A DNA stretch of 64,000 nt, taken from the IMG/VR virus record IMGVR_UViG_3300028048_000113, positions 24,561 through 88,560 of that record; one strand, given 5' to 3'. This document shows, in pieces, positions 9,285 to 19,533 of the stretch. The notes under the pieces were generated by a model. It saw nothing but the letters and a program-made list of their open reading frames with translations, made no database searches and had not been told where the DNA came from. The stretch comes from a virus (taxonomy: Duplodnaviria > Caudoviricetes). The translations under genes and the position numbers were made by a program. Position 1 is the stretch's first letter. Every line of letters begins with the position of its first letter.

Positions 9285-9537
9285 TGAAAACTTTACCACA
9301 ATGCAAGGTATAAGTGCTCATATAAAAAGAGTGCATAAAATTGAATCTCAAACTTATTATGATAAGTATTTTAAAGCTCCTGCTGAAGGAGTTTGTTCTA
9401 TTTGTGGGAAACCTACAAGGTATATTGGTTTGTCTCAGGGTTACATGAGATGTTGTAATGATTGTAAGACTATAAAAGGATTACAGACGAGACAAAGGGT
9501 ATGCACAAAATATACTACAGGGGAGAACAAAAAATGA
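9265..9537 (+). CDS. C2H2/CxxC zinc-finger protein, possibly a truncated endonuclease N-terminus
   Basis: CKIC...HIKRVH and CSICG...CCNDC; no nuclease domain follows. Confidence 0.45.
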   Translation: MTCKICNENFTTMQGISAHIKRVHKIESQTYYDKYFKAPAEGVCSICGKPTRYIGLSQGYMRCCNDCKTIKGLQTRQRVCTKYTTGENKK

Positions 9538-9582
9538 TTAAAAAGGATATTTATACAGCTTATGTTTTAGAATACAGAGAGT

Positions 9583-10143
9583 ATGAAAACTAAGGAACTT
9601 GTTGAAGGAATTTTATATATGAACCCAACTCTAGAATTATTATTCAGAGCGGCACATATAACAAATAATGAAGATAGAAACTGGAAGCCTGTTGAACACA
9701 ATGAGATCGGGTTTATTCATAAGTTTACTGATCCTAAGTTTGTAGTAATAGTGGAGACACAAATACATGTATTTATATTTGGAGATCCTTATACAGATGA
9801 ATTTGGTAATGAAAGAGGCTTTCACGTTTACATTATAGAAGGACCTAATTGTAAACATACAGCTGTAGACAAAAAGAAACTAATAGATGAAGTAAAATTA
9901 TTAACAAGTCAAGAAAGATTTTTACCTGAAGGTTATATGAATCGTATAATATATATGGATGCTCATGGTTTATTATACATATTCAATAAGTCAGATGGTA
10001 AAAGTAACTTCTTTAGTAAGTCAACTTGGACGTATGGAACTGATATTTATAAAGTAGAACCTAATAATCAAGAACCAATGAGTGCTGAAAAGATTTTAAA
10101 GGAATGTTATACACAAGTTGAGGATTATTACAGAACAGAATGA
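9583..10143 (+). CDS. Hypothetical protein
   Basis: 186-aa ORF. Confidence 0.55.
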   Translation: MKTKELVEGILYMNPTLELLFRAAHITNNEDRNWKPVEHNEIGFIHKFTDPKFVVIVETQIHVFIFGDPYTDEFGNERGFHVYIIEGPNCKHTAVDKKKLIDEVKLLTSQERFLPEGYMNRIIYMDAHGLLYIFNKSDGKSNFFSKSTWTYGTDIYKVEPNNQEPMSAEKILKECYTQVEDYYRTE

Positions 10144-10179
10144 AAACATACATACATATAGAGAATAAGGAGACTAAAG

Positions 10180-10524
10180 ATGAGTAAAAGAGGTACTAAT
10201 GACCAGCAACATATAATGGATGCTTTAGATAGAGGCGATTATGAGTACGTTTGGGAAAAAGTAAAGTATGTTGGCTACAAAAAAGTAGTGAGCATCAATG
10301 AAAGATACTTAATCTTCTATGACATTGTAGCTGATTTTGAAACAGAAAAGAATAATAACTTCATTAAATATTATTTGAATCATATTGGTTATGCATCAAA
10401 TAATAGCAGAAATTCAAAGATTACACAGTCAAGAGGAGTACTTGACAGATGCAAAAGAGAATACATTTCTCCTACTGAATGCAATGGTTATCCAATTGCA
10501 AAAGATATGAGAAAGTGGCATTAA
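10180..10524 (+). CDS. Hypothetical protein with weak sigma region-2-like segment
   Basis: 114 aa, RBS AAGGAG; see findings. Confidence 0.4.
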   Translation: MSKRGTNDQQHIMDALDRGDYEYVWEKVKYVGYKKVVSINERYLIFYDIVADFETEKNNNFIKYYLNHIGYASNNSRNSKITQSRGVLDRCKREYISPTECNGYPIAKDMRKWH

Positions 10525-10549
10525 TCTTTTTGTGAAGGGAAATTAAACA

Positions 10550-11092
10550 ATGAAAAATATAGTAAGATTAGCTGGTAAAAAAATTGATCTCTGTGTTTTT
10601 AGAACAGATCCAGAGGCAATTGAATTATATACCAAATGGATAAATGACAAATCTATCAATATGTGGGTTGGTCATAATGTTGTGTGTCAAAGTTTTAGTG
10701 AAACTGAAGATTGGGCAAAAAGTGATAAGAGTAAGATAAGATTTAATATAGTCAACAAGGAAGGTAAACTTGTTGGTAATTGTGATTGTGGAAGAAGACA
10801 TTATGCTTCATTTAATACTGTTGGTTTAGGTATTTATATTGGTGAAGCTGATGGTAGAAATAAGGGTTATGGAACTGAAGCTATCAAAATGTTAGTCAAG
10901 TTTGCTTTTACTGAATTAAATGCTCATAGAGTTACACTTAATGTAGTTGCTGATAATGTTAGAGCAATTAAGTGTTATACTAAAGCTGGTTTTACTCAAA
11001 ATGGTGTAGCACATGATGAAGTCTACTATAATGGAAAATTTCATGATTTAATTTCAATGGAAATTTTAAGAGATAACTGGGAGGAAGAGTAA
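10550..11092 (+). CDS. GNAT N-acetyltransferase, RimJ/RimL family
   Basis: LGIYIGEADGRNKGYGTEA, AHRVTLNV, NVRAIKCYTKAGF. Confidence 0.88.
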   Translation: MKNIVRLAGKKIDLCVFRTDPEAIELYTKWINDKSINMWVGHNVVCQSFSETEDWAKSDKSKIRFNIVNKEGKLVGNCDCGRRHYASFNTVGLGIYIGEADGRNKGYGTEAIKMLVKFAFTELNAHRVTLNVVADNVRAIKCYTKAGFTQNGVAHDEVYYNGKFHDLISMEILRDNWEEE

Positions 11093-11093
11093 C

Positions 11094-11819
11094 ATGTTAT
11101 TAAAGACTCAAGGCATAAGAAAAATGTTCACAATGCCAGTGGATGTTTTGAATGATAATAGACTCTCAATTGGAGCAAAAGGTCTTTACACTCAGATATT
11201 ATATAGTAATGATGATATTTGCAGTCTTGAAGATTTAACTAAACTCTCAACAACTCCTATTGAAGAATTAAAGTCATATTTTGAAGAACTCACAACTGTT
11301 GGTTATATTGAAATGAATAACAAGCAGGCTAAACTTAAAAATACTGCTCCTAAGACAGTTGAAAATGTAGAGGAAAAAGTAAAGGAAGCTAAAGAGTATG
11401 CAGAAACAACTCAAGCTCCTAAACTTAGTATATACGATAAGATTAAGATGATAATTGAAAGTTATACAGATCTTAGTACTAGTGTACAAAATCTTTTACT
11501 TGTTTATTTCACAAAGAGATTGAACAAGGAAGGTAGATTTGCAACCTCAGATGATCTTCATGCCAATCAGGTTAGAGCAATGATTGGAGAATTGGTTAGC
11601 TTCCATCTTAGTGAGGAAGATGAACTTAAATGCATCCAGCAAAGTATTGATAAGCAATGGTTTAAGTTTGTACCTAATATTCCAGTTGCTACTGATAATA
11701 AAGCACCTAGATTTGATAAGTCTAAGTTGGTTAGTGGATCTTATACTTTAGATGATATTGCAGAAATTAAAAAGAAAGCAGAGGCTTTAGAGGCTTCTGG
11801 AGAGCAAGGAGTATTCTAA
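11094..11819 (+). CDS. Phage replication initiator / replisome organiser (wHTH)
   Basis: DNRLSIGAKGLY...ELTTVGYI N-terminal wHTH pattern; directly upstream of DnaC-DnaB-DnaG. Confidence 0.6.
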   Translation: MLLKTQGIRKMFTMPVDVLNDNRLSIGAKGLYTQILYSNDDICSLEDLTKLSTTPIEELKSYFEELTTVGYIEMNNKQAKLKNTAPKTVENVEEKVKEAKEYAETTQAPKLSIYDKIKMIIESYTDLSTSVQNLLLVYFTKRLNKEGRFATSDDLHANQVRAMIGELVSFHLSEEDELKCIQQSIDKQWFKFVPNIPVATDNKAPRFDKSKLVSGSYTLDDIAEIKKKAEALEASGEQGVF

Positions 11820-11820
11820 T

Positions 11821-12483
11821 ATGAAAGTAAAAGATTGTATTTATAGAGACAAGTGTACACACAAACCTTGTTCTGAATCTTGCATAAGATATATTCAAAT
11901 GCAGAGATTACTTGAACTTAGTAATCTTCCTGTAAAATATCAAAAGCCTATCAAGATCATAAGTGTTGATGAAGATAGAGCAGAATATATCAAGTTGGCA
12001 AATATCAAAGATGATATTGTTAACTGGGTAGGAAAAGGTAAGAACTTATATATTTGTTCTTCAACTTGTGGTAATGCAAAGACAAGTTGGGGAGTAAAGT
12101 TAATGTTAAATTATTTTGATAAAACATGGCATAATAGTTATGATATAACTAGAGGCCTTTATATACATGTTCCTACACTTCTTTTGGATATTAAGAATTT
12201 TGGAAGCATTCCTGAATATGTTAATAGAATTAAAGAAGCTGATTTGGTTATTTGGGACGACATTGCATTTTCAAAGTTAACTGAATATGAACATGAACAA
12301 TTATTACAGTTTATTGATAATAGAATGGCAAATGGTTTAAGTAATATCTACACAAGTAATATTACAAACTCAGAAGAACTTGCTGGTTATATTGGAAATA
12401 GATTGTCAAGTAGAATTTATAGTAATTCAGAAGTTATAGAATTCAAAGCAGGTGACTGGAGAGTTGGAGGTAAATTAGAATGA
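11821..12483 (+). CDS. dnaC: DnaC/IstB-like helicase loader ATPase
   Basis: LYICSSTCGNAKT, LVIWDDI, IDNR, IYTSN, RLSSRI. Confidence 0.82.
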   Translation: MKVKDCIYRDKCTHKPCSESCIRYIQMQRLLELSNLPVKYQKPIKIISVDEDRAEYIKLANIKDDIVNWVGKGKNLYICSSTCGNAKTSWGVKLMLNYFDKTWHNSYDITRGLYIHVPTLLLDIKNFGSIPEYVNRIKEADLVIWDDIAFSKLTEYEHEQLLQFIDNRMANGLSNIYTSNITNSEELAGYIGNRLSSRIYSNSEVIEFKAGDWRVGGKLE

Positions 12484-13766
12484 TACAATTACAAGCTTTA
12501 AACTATATTTTGAAAAATCACGACTCTGACTTATTAATGACTTATGGTCCTGAGTATTTCTTTAATTATACAAAAGAATATGATGCCATAAAGCAACATT
12601 ATCTTAAGTACAAGACAGTACCTGATGCAGTTTCAGTTCTCGAAAAAGTTCCTGATTTTCAGATTATTGATACGAACGAATCTAAAAAGTATATCGAAGA
12701 GAAGCTTTTTGAAGAGTTTGTTTATAAAAGAACAAGAGAAATCATGAGCGACAAGAAAGACTTATTCAAGTCTGATGCAGTTAGAGCAAAAAATGAAATG
12801 ATTGCTGAGTTACAGAACATGCATCCACCTAGAAGCAGTTATGGTACAAACATTGTCGCTAATGCTCAGGAAAGATATGAGAAACTCATTAGTACCTTAG
12901 CATCTCCTAATGCAGACAAGTTTAGTACAGGACTTCCTGAATTGGATATGAAACTTGGTGGAGGAATGCATAGAGGTGAAGAAGTAATTGTTGTATTTGC
13001 TAGAACCAACAATGCTAAAACCTGGATTGCAGAAAAGTTTGCAGTATCAGTTTGGGCAGAAGGAAACAATGTTGGATTCTTCTCACCTGAGATGACAGCT
13101 ACCTCAATTGGTTATAGATTTGATACCTTGTTTAAGAATTTCAATAATAAAGGAATTCAGGGTAGTGATATAACATACAATACAGATAAGTATAAGACAT
13201 ATATTGGTCAGTTATCTAAGAACAAAACAGTCTTTAGTGTAACATCACCTCTTGACTTTGATAGAGAAGTTACTGTAACTAAGTTGAAAAAGTGGGTTAC
13301 AGATTTGGACCTTAAAATGTTAGTTATTGATGGTTTAACATATCTCCATGATGAAAAGGGCAATGGCCATCAGAATGAAACACAGAGACTTACAGATATA
13401 TCAGAAGACCTTATGACATTGTCAAATGAACTTAGCATCCCTGTTGTTGTAGTTGTACAGGCAAACAGAGAAGGTGCTAGAGATGCAAATGGTGAAGTCA
13501 ATAATGATACACCTGAAATTGATACAATTCGTGGTTCTGATGGTATTTCTCACAATGCATCAAGAGTTATCTCAGTAAGATGCAAAGATAATATCTTAAC
13601 ACTTTACCTTAATAAGAACCGTTATGGTGAAGTAAATGTCAAGTTAATCTATAAGTATGACATCAATGAAGGTAAGTTTACCTACATAGCAAATCCTAAA
13701 GATGGCTTAAATATTGATGCTGATGCAATAAGAGATGAATTTAAAGATAATACAGAGAATTTCTAA
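12480..13766 (+). CDS. dnaB: Replicative DNA helicase, DnaB family
   Basis: TGLPELD, ARTNNAKT, FFSPEM, LVIDGL, QANR, SDGISHNA, KNRYG. Confidence 0.88.
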   Translation: MIQLQALNYILKNHDSDLLMTYGPEYFFNYTKEYDAIKQHYLKYKTVPDAVSVLEKVPDFQIIDTNESKKYIEEKLFEEFVYKRTREIMSDKKDLFKSDAVRAKNEMIAELQNMHPPRSSYGTNIVANAQERYEKLISTLASPNADKFSTGLPELDMKLGGGMHRGEEVIVVFARTNNAKTWIAEKFAVSVWAEGNNVGFFSPEMTATSIGYRFDTLFKNFNNKGIQGSDITYNTDKYKTYIGQLSKNKTVFSVTSPLDFDREVTVTKLKKWVTDLDLKMLVIDGLTYLHDEKGNGHQNETQRLTDISEDLMTLSNELSIPVVVVVQANREGARDANGEVNNDTPEIDTIRGSDGISHNASRVISVRCKDNILTLYLNKNRYGEVNVKLIYKYDINEGKFTYIANPKDGLNIDADAIRDEFKDNTENF

Positions 13767-14719
13767 TGGATATTCAAAATATAGAATTACAGACTGATAT
13801 TTATAAGATTTTAGACAGATTATTTTCTGAACTGAATAGAAGAGGTTCCTCTTTATTTAGTCAGGGTTATAAAGAATCTGGTGACTATCTTATGGTTCAG
13901 TGTCCATATCATAAATTTGGACAGGAAAAACACCCATCTGCTGAGTTTAGAAAAGCAGATGGCTTTTTCTACTGTTTTAATTGTAAAGCATCTCATCCTC
14001 TTCCTTCTGTTATCTCAGATTTATTAGATACAAATGGTAGAGCTTGGTTACTTGAAAATTTTGATGGTGTTGATACCTCAAATAGAGAAGTAGACAAGTT
14101 AGACTTACCTGAAAGAAAAGTAAAAGAGAAAGTTTATATAGATCCTAAGGAACTAGATAAATATAGAGTAAGACATCCTTATATGTATCAGAGAAAGATG
14201 ACAGATGAGATAATAGATAAATTTGACATTGGATATGATGAAGAAACTCAATGCATTACTTTTCCTATTAAAGATGAATTTGGAAATATTCTTTTTATAG
14301 CACGAAGAAGTGTTAATACAAAATACTTTCACTATCCTAATAATGTTGACAAACCTCTTTATGGTCTCTATGAAATTTATAGAGAAATGAAAGCAGGTAA
14401 GAATATTGATACTATTTATGTATGTGAAAGTATGATTAATGCTCTTACTCTTTGGAGTTGGGGAAAGTATGCAATAGCATTGAATGGAACAGGTTCTTAT
14501 AAGCAACATGAAATGCTAAAGAAAACACCTTTTAAAGAATTGATATTAGCCCTCGATCCAGATCCTGCAGGAAGAAAAGGAACTGAAAAGATAAAAGCTG
14601 CTCTAGAAAGCACTAAAATAATTAGTGAACTGAATATTCCTGAAGGTAAGGATGTTAATGATCTTACTTATGACGAATTCACTAGATTGACTGTAAAAGA
14701 TGATTTTTGGTTTTTATAA
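13766..14719 (+). CDS. dnaG: DNA primase (CHC2 Zn finger + Toprim)
   Basis: CPYH...CFNC, YVCESMINA, LALDPDPAG, KDVND. Confidence 0.88.
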   Translation: MDIQNIELQTDIYKILDRLFSELNRRGSSLFSQGYKESGDYLMVQCPYHKFGQEKHPSAEFRKADGFFYCFNCKASHPLPSVISDLLDTNGRAWLLENFDGVDTSNREVDKLDLPERKVKEKVYIDPKELDKYRVRHPYMYQRKMTDEIIDKFDIGYDEETQCITFPIKDEFGNILFIARRSVNTKYFHYPNNVDKPLYGLYEIYREMKAGKNIDTIYVCESMINALTLWSWGKYAIALNGTGSYKQHEMLKKTPFKELILALDPDPAGRKGTEKIKAALESTKIISELNIPEGKDVNDLTYDEFTRLTVKDDFWFL

Positions 14720-14728
14720 AAAAAATAG

Positions 14729-14758
14729 TTTACAAATATCATTTTTTAGTGTTATAAT
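14729..14758 (+). promoter_or_regulatory. Class A promoter TTTACA-N18-TATAAT (TG extended -10)
   Basis: Direct motif match. Confidence 0.65.
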
Positions 14759-14798
14759 AAATTTATCAAAAAACCTAATCTAAAAAGGAGAATAATAT

Positions 14799-15107
14799 AT
14801 GAGTCAGTTTAAGTGGTGTTATGAAAAGTCTTGCAAGGGCAAGTGTGAAGACTATGATAATAATCATTGTGATGGATGCTATTTCTTTGAAGCATACATT
14901 CTTGGTATGATGGAAATGGCAGAGAGTGCAAAGTGGGTAGATATTACTAAGGTAAATAGTTGTACAGCTGAGAAGTTATATTCAGGAAAGTGCAGCAAGT
15001 GTAACAACACAGTGAGAGTTTGCCTCACTAATGAAGACACAAAGGAATTTGCTAAGGCACTTCCATTCTGCCCCAAGTGTGCAGCATCCATGTTGGAGAA
15101 AAAGTAA
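14799..15107 (+). CDS. Cys-rich zinc-ribbon protein
   Basis: CSKC and CPKC pairs plus N-terminal Cys cluster. Confidence 0.55.
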   Translation: MSQFKWCYEKSCKGKCEDYDNNHCDGCYFFEAYILGMMEMAESAKWVDITKVNSCTAEKLYSGKCSKCNNTVRVCLTNEDTKEFAKALPFCPKCAASMLEKK

Positions 15108-15296
15108 ATGGATAAAGAAGTAAAAAAGATAGCTGAATATATGGGTCAAACAAACCCTATAGCTATTGAAGTTCTTGAAAGTACCTGGTGTACTTTCTCA
15201 AAGGAAATCTTAAATAAAGACTGGGCTCCAGTTGAAGACATTACTCTTAAAGCCTATGCAGAATGGCTTAAAAGAGAAAGTGAAATCTGGAGATAA
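15108..15296 (+). CDS. Hypothetical protein
   Basis: 62 aa, abuts previous stop. Confidence 0.5.
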   Translation: MDKEVKKIAEYMGQTNPIAIEVLESTWCTFSKEILNKDWAPVEDITLKAYAEWLKRESEIWR

Positions 15297-15319
15297 AATC
15301 ACTTAAAGACTTTTAAAAT

Positions 15320-15349
15320 AAAGAGCTGATCTAAATGGTCAGCTCTTTT
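15320..15349 (+). terminator. Intrinsic terminator
   Basis: AAAGAGCTGA/TCAGCTCTTT stem. Confidence 0.65.
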
Positions 15350-15419
15350 AATTTACTATTTACAAAAATATTATTTTTAGTATATAATAAATTTAACAAA
15401 ATCTTAAAGGAATAGAACT

Positions 15420-15812
15420 ATGTATCTAGAAATTACAGAAGAAGAGCTTAATAATAGAATAAGACACATGGATTACTTGTTCTATTTCAAGAGTCAAGGT
15501 GGACATTTTGGATCAACTGAAGAGGTCTTAATGATCTTTGCTGTCCAGAATAAATTTGCTATCTACAATGGAAAGATGGATTATCTTTCTTTGATGTCAT
15601 CTTGGCAATATGAAAAGTTTGTTAAGAAAATTACAAGATATACAAAGAACTGGAAAGTTCATGACAATAAAAACTGGGCTGGAGATAACTATAACATAGT
15701 TATTAACTTTGATGGTGCTCCAAGGTCTTACTGTGGAAATATTTTATGTAAGAATTGGAAAAAGTTTTATAGATTAGTAGATTGTATTAGAAAAGGAATG
15801 ACAATTGTATGA
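15420..15812 (+). CDS. Hypothetical protein
   Basis: 130 aa, downstream of promoter 15359-15388. Confidence 0.55.
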   Translation: MYLEITEEELNNRIRHMDYLFYFKSQGGHFGSTEEVLMIFAVQNKFAIYNGKMDYLSLMSSWQYEKFVKKITRYTKNWKVHDNKNWAGDNYNIVINFDGAPRSYCGNILCKNWKKFYRLVDCIRKGMTIV

Positions 15813-16606
15813 GTGCATTAGATAAGAGAATGAAGGAATTTTATGAGTTTATCCCAAAAACAAAACTCATGAGAAGATGTCCAGTTGCTATTAGAATTGA
15901 TGGTAAGGCATTCCACACATTTACTAGAGGTTTTAAGAAGCCTTTTGATAAAATTATGATTGAAACTATGCAGGAAACAACCAAGTATCTTTGTGAGAAT
16001 ATTCAGGGTTGTGTTCTTGGTTATACACAGTCAGATGAGATTACCTTGATCCTTATTGATTATAAGAATCTTGAGAGTTCAGCTTGGTTTGACTATGAAG
16101 TTCAGAAGATTTGTAGTGTTGCTGCATCTATGGCAACCATGCAATTTAATAGATTGTTTGCTAAAAAGGTTGCTATGTATAAGGATAAGTTAGATGATCT
16201 CAGAGCAATGAGAATTATTACTGATACAGATATTGCATTAGGTCTTGCTTATGAGAAGTCACTTGAGAATGGTGCAATGTTTGATGCTAGATGTTTTAAT
16301 ATTCCTAAGGATGAGGTTTGTAATCTTATCTATTGGAGACAGCAGGATGCTTCAAGAAATAGTATTCAGATGCTGGCTAGAACATATTATTCATCTAAGC
16401 AGCTTCAGGGTAAGAAAAATACTATGATTCAGGATATGCTCTTTAAAGACTTTGGTATCAATTGGAATGATTGTCCAGTAGTTGAGAAGAGAGGTACAGC
16501 TTGCATTAAGGATGAAGATGGCAAGTGGTTTATTGATGAGAATATGCCTATTCTTAGAGCCAAAGACAGACAGTATGTTGAGAAACTCATCTATCTAGAC
16601 AAATGA
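15809..16606 (+). CDS. thg1: tRNA(His) guanylyltransferase / Thg1-like protein
   Basis: IRIDGKAFHTFT, GYTQSDEIT, FDAR, WRQQDASRNSI. Confidence 0.9.
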   Translation: MSALDKRMKEFYEFIPKTKLMRRCPVAIRIDGKAFHTFTRGFKKPFDKIMIETMQETTKYLCENIQGCVLGYTQSDEITLILIDYKNLESSAWFDYEVQKICSVAASMATMQFNRLFAKKVAMYKDKLDDLRAMRIITDTDIALGLAYEKSLENGAMFDARCFNIPKDEVCNLIYWRQQDASRNSIQMLARTYYSSKQLQGKKNTMIQDMLFKDFGINWNDCPVVEKRGTACIKDEDGKWFIDENMPILRAKDRQYVEKLIYLDK

Positions 16607-16998
16607 ATAAAGAACAACTAAAAGAAGCAATAAAATATATTGAATTTGAAAATAAACTGTATGAGGCTGCTCAGGCAGTTAAAAAAGAATGTAAAATAAA
16701 TTGTTATTGTGAAAAAATTATATTAAATAGTAAAGATCATATTATCTACACTATTGTTTTTATTGAACCAATTCAATATAATGCTGTTGCAAAAGCTAGT
16801 GTTAAGTTTGAATTTGATAAGCTTACCTATGGATTATCTTCAGGTGGACCTTATATTAATAATACTGATAATGTATTAGTAGATGATACAAAATATAATG
16901 AAGCCTTATTTAGAATTGGTATGGCTATAGGATATTTTTCAAGAGAATTTCAAAATGAATTAGTACAAATGCAACATGATATTTGTGAGGGCACATAA
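16603..16998 (+). CDS. Hypothetical protein
   Basis: 131 aa, ATGA overlap. Confidence 0.55.
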   Translation: MNKEQLKEAIKYIEFENKLYEAAQAVKKECKINCYCEKIILNSKDHIIYTIVFIEPIQYNAVAKASVKFEFDKLTYGLSSGGPYINNTDNVLVDDTKYNEALFRIGMAIGYFSREFQNELVQMQHDICEGT

Positions 16999-17433
16999 AT
17001 GGCTTCATATAAAAATGCTCTAGACAGATTAATGAAAGAAGCTTATTTAGAAGAAGAGCTTAGAAAACTTGTAGATGATGCTAATATAGATTTGGCATCA
17101 GATAAGAGTATTGCCTGTTCTCTTAGGAAAATTTATAAAAATGGCATATCTTATTATCATATTATTTTTACTGGTTATGGAATTGATATAGGTTTAGGAC
17201 CTAAAATAGAAACTCCTATATCATTTAGAGTTGAATCAAATAAAATTGTTTTAGGTAGTACAACTGGAAATATAATAGTAAAAATTCCATCAGTATTAAA
17301 TAATATTAAAGAATCAGCAATTAATAATGAAAAACATAGATTAGAAATAATCAAACATGAATTTTTTACTAAATATGGTGATAGAATTGATAAAATAATA
17401 GAAGAATATAATAAAACTTTAAAGGAGAGTTAA
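16999..17433 (+). CDS. Hypothetical protein
   Basis: 144 aa. Confidence 0.55.
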   Translation: MASYKNALDRLMKEAYLEEELRKLVDDANIDLASDKSIACSLRKIYKNGISYYHIIFTGYGIDIGLGPKIETPISFRVESNKIVLGSTTGNIIVKIPSVLNNIKESAINNEKHRLEIIKHEFFTKYGDRIDKIIEEYNKTLKES

Positions 17434-17434
17434 A

Positions 17435-17611
17435 ATGCTAAAAAATATAGAAAAGTACATACCAGTAGATTACAAGTTAACTTGGATAGATAAGTGTATT
17501 ACTCCTATGGATGCTCCAGCATTTCAAGATAGTGATCCTGAAGTAAAGAAATTAAGTGATGCTCTTTGGCATATTGCATTGAGAGAATTATTTCTTCCTA
17601 CTGAAGACTAA
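17435..17611 (+). CDS. 58-aa hypothetical protein (not in ORF track)
   Basis: MLKNIEKYIP...ELFLPTED; RBS AAAGGAG. Confidence 0.55.
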   Translation: MLKNIEKYIPVDYKLTWIDKCITPMDAPAFQDSDPEVKKLSDALWHIALRELFLPTED

Positions 17612-17645
17612 TTTAATTATATATAGTATGTTAGGAGGATAATAT

Positions 17646-18458
17646 ATGAGACTTAATCAAGATGGCTGTAATGATTTATGTCCAAAAGACAAAAATCTAG
17701 CCATAAACGTTGTAAATTATCTAAAAGCAGGAAATAGAGTTATTGGAGATCCTGGAGAAGGATTAAAACAAACTCTAGCGAAACTTGAAGAACAAAAAGC
17801 AAATAGAGATTTTGGTATTCTCGACTGGAAAACTGTAGATGCCGATCTTGAAGAACAAATTTCCAAAACAAAAGCAGGAATAAAAGGTGAGGAGCAGTTA
17901 TGTGAATACTTAGCTACTCTTATTAAATATGATGATAAGTTAGATGGTTTAATTGCATTTGCCTCACTTGCTTATGATTTTGGTGAAGAGAATGATAAGG
18001 ATTATATTCCTGATACTGATACTTTATTGGTATACGGTAATCATATTTTAGTAGTTGATGCTAAAAATCTTAAAACAAAACCAGGCAATCCTCTTATTCT
18101 AGTTGATGATATGGTTATGGATGCTGAAAAAATGAGAGAATTGATTACTGTACATCCATCTACTCATATTTGGGAAAAAGTAATGGCTGATGCAGGAATT
18201 CCTTTAGAGTCAATTGATGGTTATGTATGTATCGTTAATGACCAAGAAGTTGAAATCATAAGAGATGAACATTGGGAAGAATGTAATACTAAACTTATTC
18301 ATATTGCAGAACTTAGAGATGTTCTTGAACAGTGGGTTGAAGGCAAAGATAATACAGCATCACTTAGAATGTTAACTGAGATTGCTAAAGCACAGATTAG
18401 AAAAGAAAAAGATTTGTCTTTTGATATAGACACTATCAAACGTAAGTTTGGTATATAA
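17646..18458 (+). CDS. NERD-like PD-(D/E)XK nuclease domain protein
   Basis: GIKGEEQL...DTDTLLVYGNHILVVDAKN. Confidence 0.6.
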   Translation: MRLNQDGCNDLCPKDKNLAINVVNYLKAGNRVIGDPGEGLKQTLAKLEEQKANRDFGILDWKTVDADLEEQISKTKAGIKGEEQLCEYLATLIKYDDKLDGLIAFASLAYDFGEENDKDYIPDTDTLLVYGNHILVVDAKNLKTKPGNPLILVDDMVMDAEKMRELITVHPSTHIWEKVMADAGIPLESIDGYVCIVNDQEVEIIRDEHWEECNTKLIHIAELRDVLEQWVEGKDNTASLRMLTEIAKAQIRKEKDLSFDIDTIKRKFGI

Positions 18459-18554
18459 AAAAATATTTACTTCATTTCAGTCATAAATATAATATGAATT
18501 GTAACTAATTTCAGTAATGAAATTGCGGCTTTTTATAAATGAAAGGAAAAAGAA

Positions 18555-19532
18555 ATGACTGATCAAGATTTGGTCAAGAAAATCTCCAAGATAGTTATTG
18601 GAGCATTAGCAGGTATAGTAGCAATCATACTTGTATGTAATTGCTTCTATAAAGTAGATGAGCAACATAATGCTGTACTTACTCAGTTTGGTACAGTACT
18701 TAAGGTTGACACAGCTGGTTTTTACTTTAAAGCACCTTGGCAGGTTGCAAGAAAAGTAGATATGACCACTCATGGTACACCTATTGGTTATTCAATTGAG
18801 AATGGTCAAAATATTCCAAATACAGATGATGGTATAATGATTACAGAAGATTACAACTTCTTAAACATTGACTTCTATATGGAATATGCAGTAGTTGATC
18901 CAGTAGCTTATTTGTATAATACAGAAAATCCTGAACTTGTTTTGAGAAACATTGCACAAGCAAATATCAGAACAGTTGTTTCAAATTATACAGTTGATGA
19001 AGCTATGACAACTGCAAAGGGACAGATTCAGGCAGATATTAAGCAAGCCATTATGGATGAGCTTGATAAGAATAATATTGGTCTTAAGATTATCAATATT
19101 ACAATTCAGGACTCAGAACCACCTACAGATACAATTAAGGCTGCATTCCAGTCAGTAGAAAATGCTAAGCAGGGTGCAGACACAGCAATGAATAAGGCTA
19201 AGGAATATCAGAATAGCCAGCTTCCTGCAGCACAGGCTGAAGCAGATAATATTATTCAGCAGGCTGAGGCTGATAAACAGGCAAGAATTGCAGAGGCTCA
19301 AGGTCAGGTAGAAAGATTTAATAAAATCTATGAGGAATATAAGTTATTCCCTACTGTAACAAAAGCAAGATTATTCTATGAAAGAATGGAAAATGTACTT
19401 CCTGGTTGTAAGATTATTATTACAGATGGTACTACATCCACAGTATATCCTGTAGATTCTTTTACAAAGAATACTCCACCTTATAAGCCAGTTGAAACAA
19501 CAACTACCACAACTGATGGAGGTAATGGCTAA
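18555..19532 (+). CDS. hflK: FtsH protease modulator HflK (SPFH/band 7)
   Basis: TM helix, AVLTQFG, ITEDYN, IQDSEPP, AFQSV, ARLFYERMENVL. Confidence 0.85.
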   Translation: MTDQDLVKKISKIVIGALAGIVAIILVCNCFYKVDEQHNAVLTQFGTVLKVDTAGFYFKAPWQVARKVDMTTHGTPIGYSIENGQNIPNTDDGIMITEDYNFLNIDFYMEYAVVDPVAYLYNTENPELVLRNIAQANIRTVVSNYTVDEAMTTAKGQIQADIKQAIMDELDKNNIGLKIINITIQDSEPPTDTIKAAFQSVENAKQGADTAMNKAKEYQNSQLPAAQAEADNIIQQAEADKQARIAEAQGQVERFNKIYEEYKLFPTVTKARLFYERMENVLPGCKIIITDGTTSTVYPVDSFTKNTPPYKPVETTTTTTDGGNG

Positions 19533-19533
19533 T

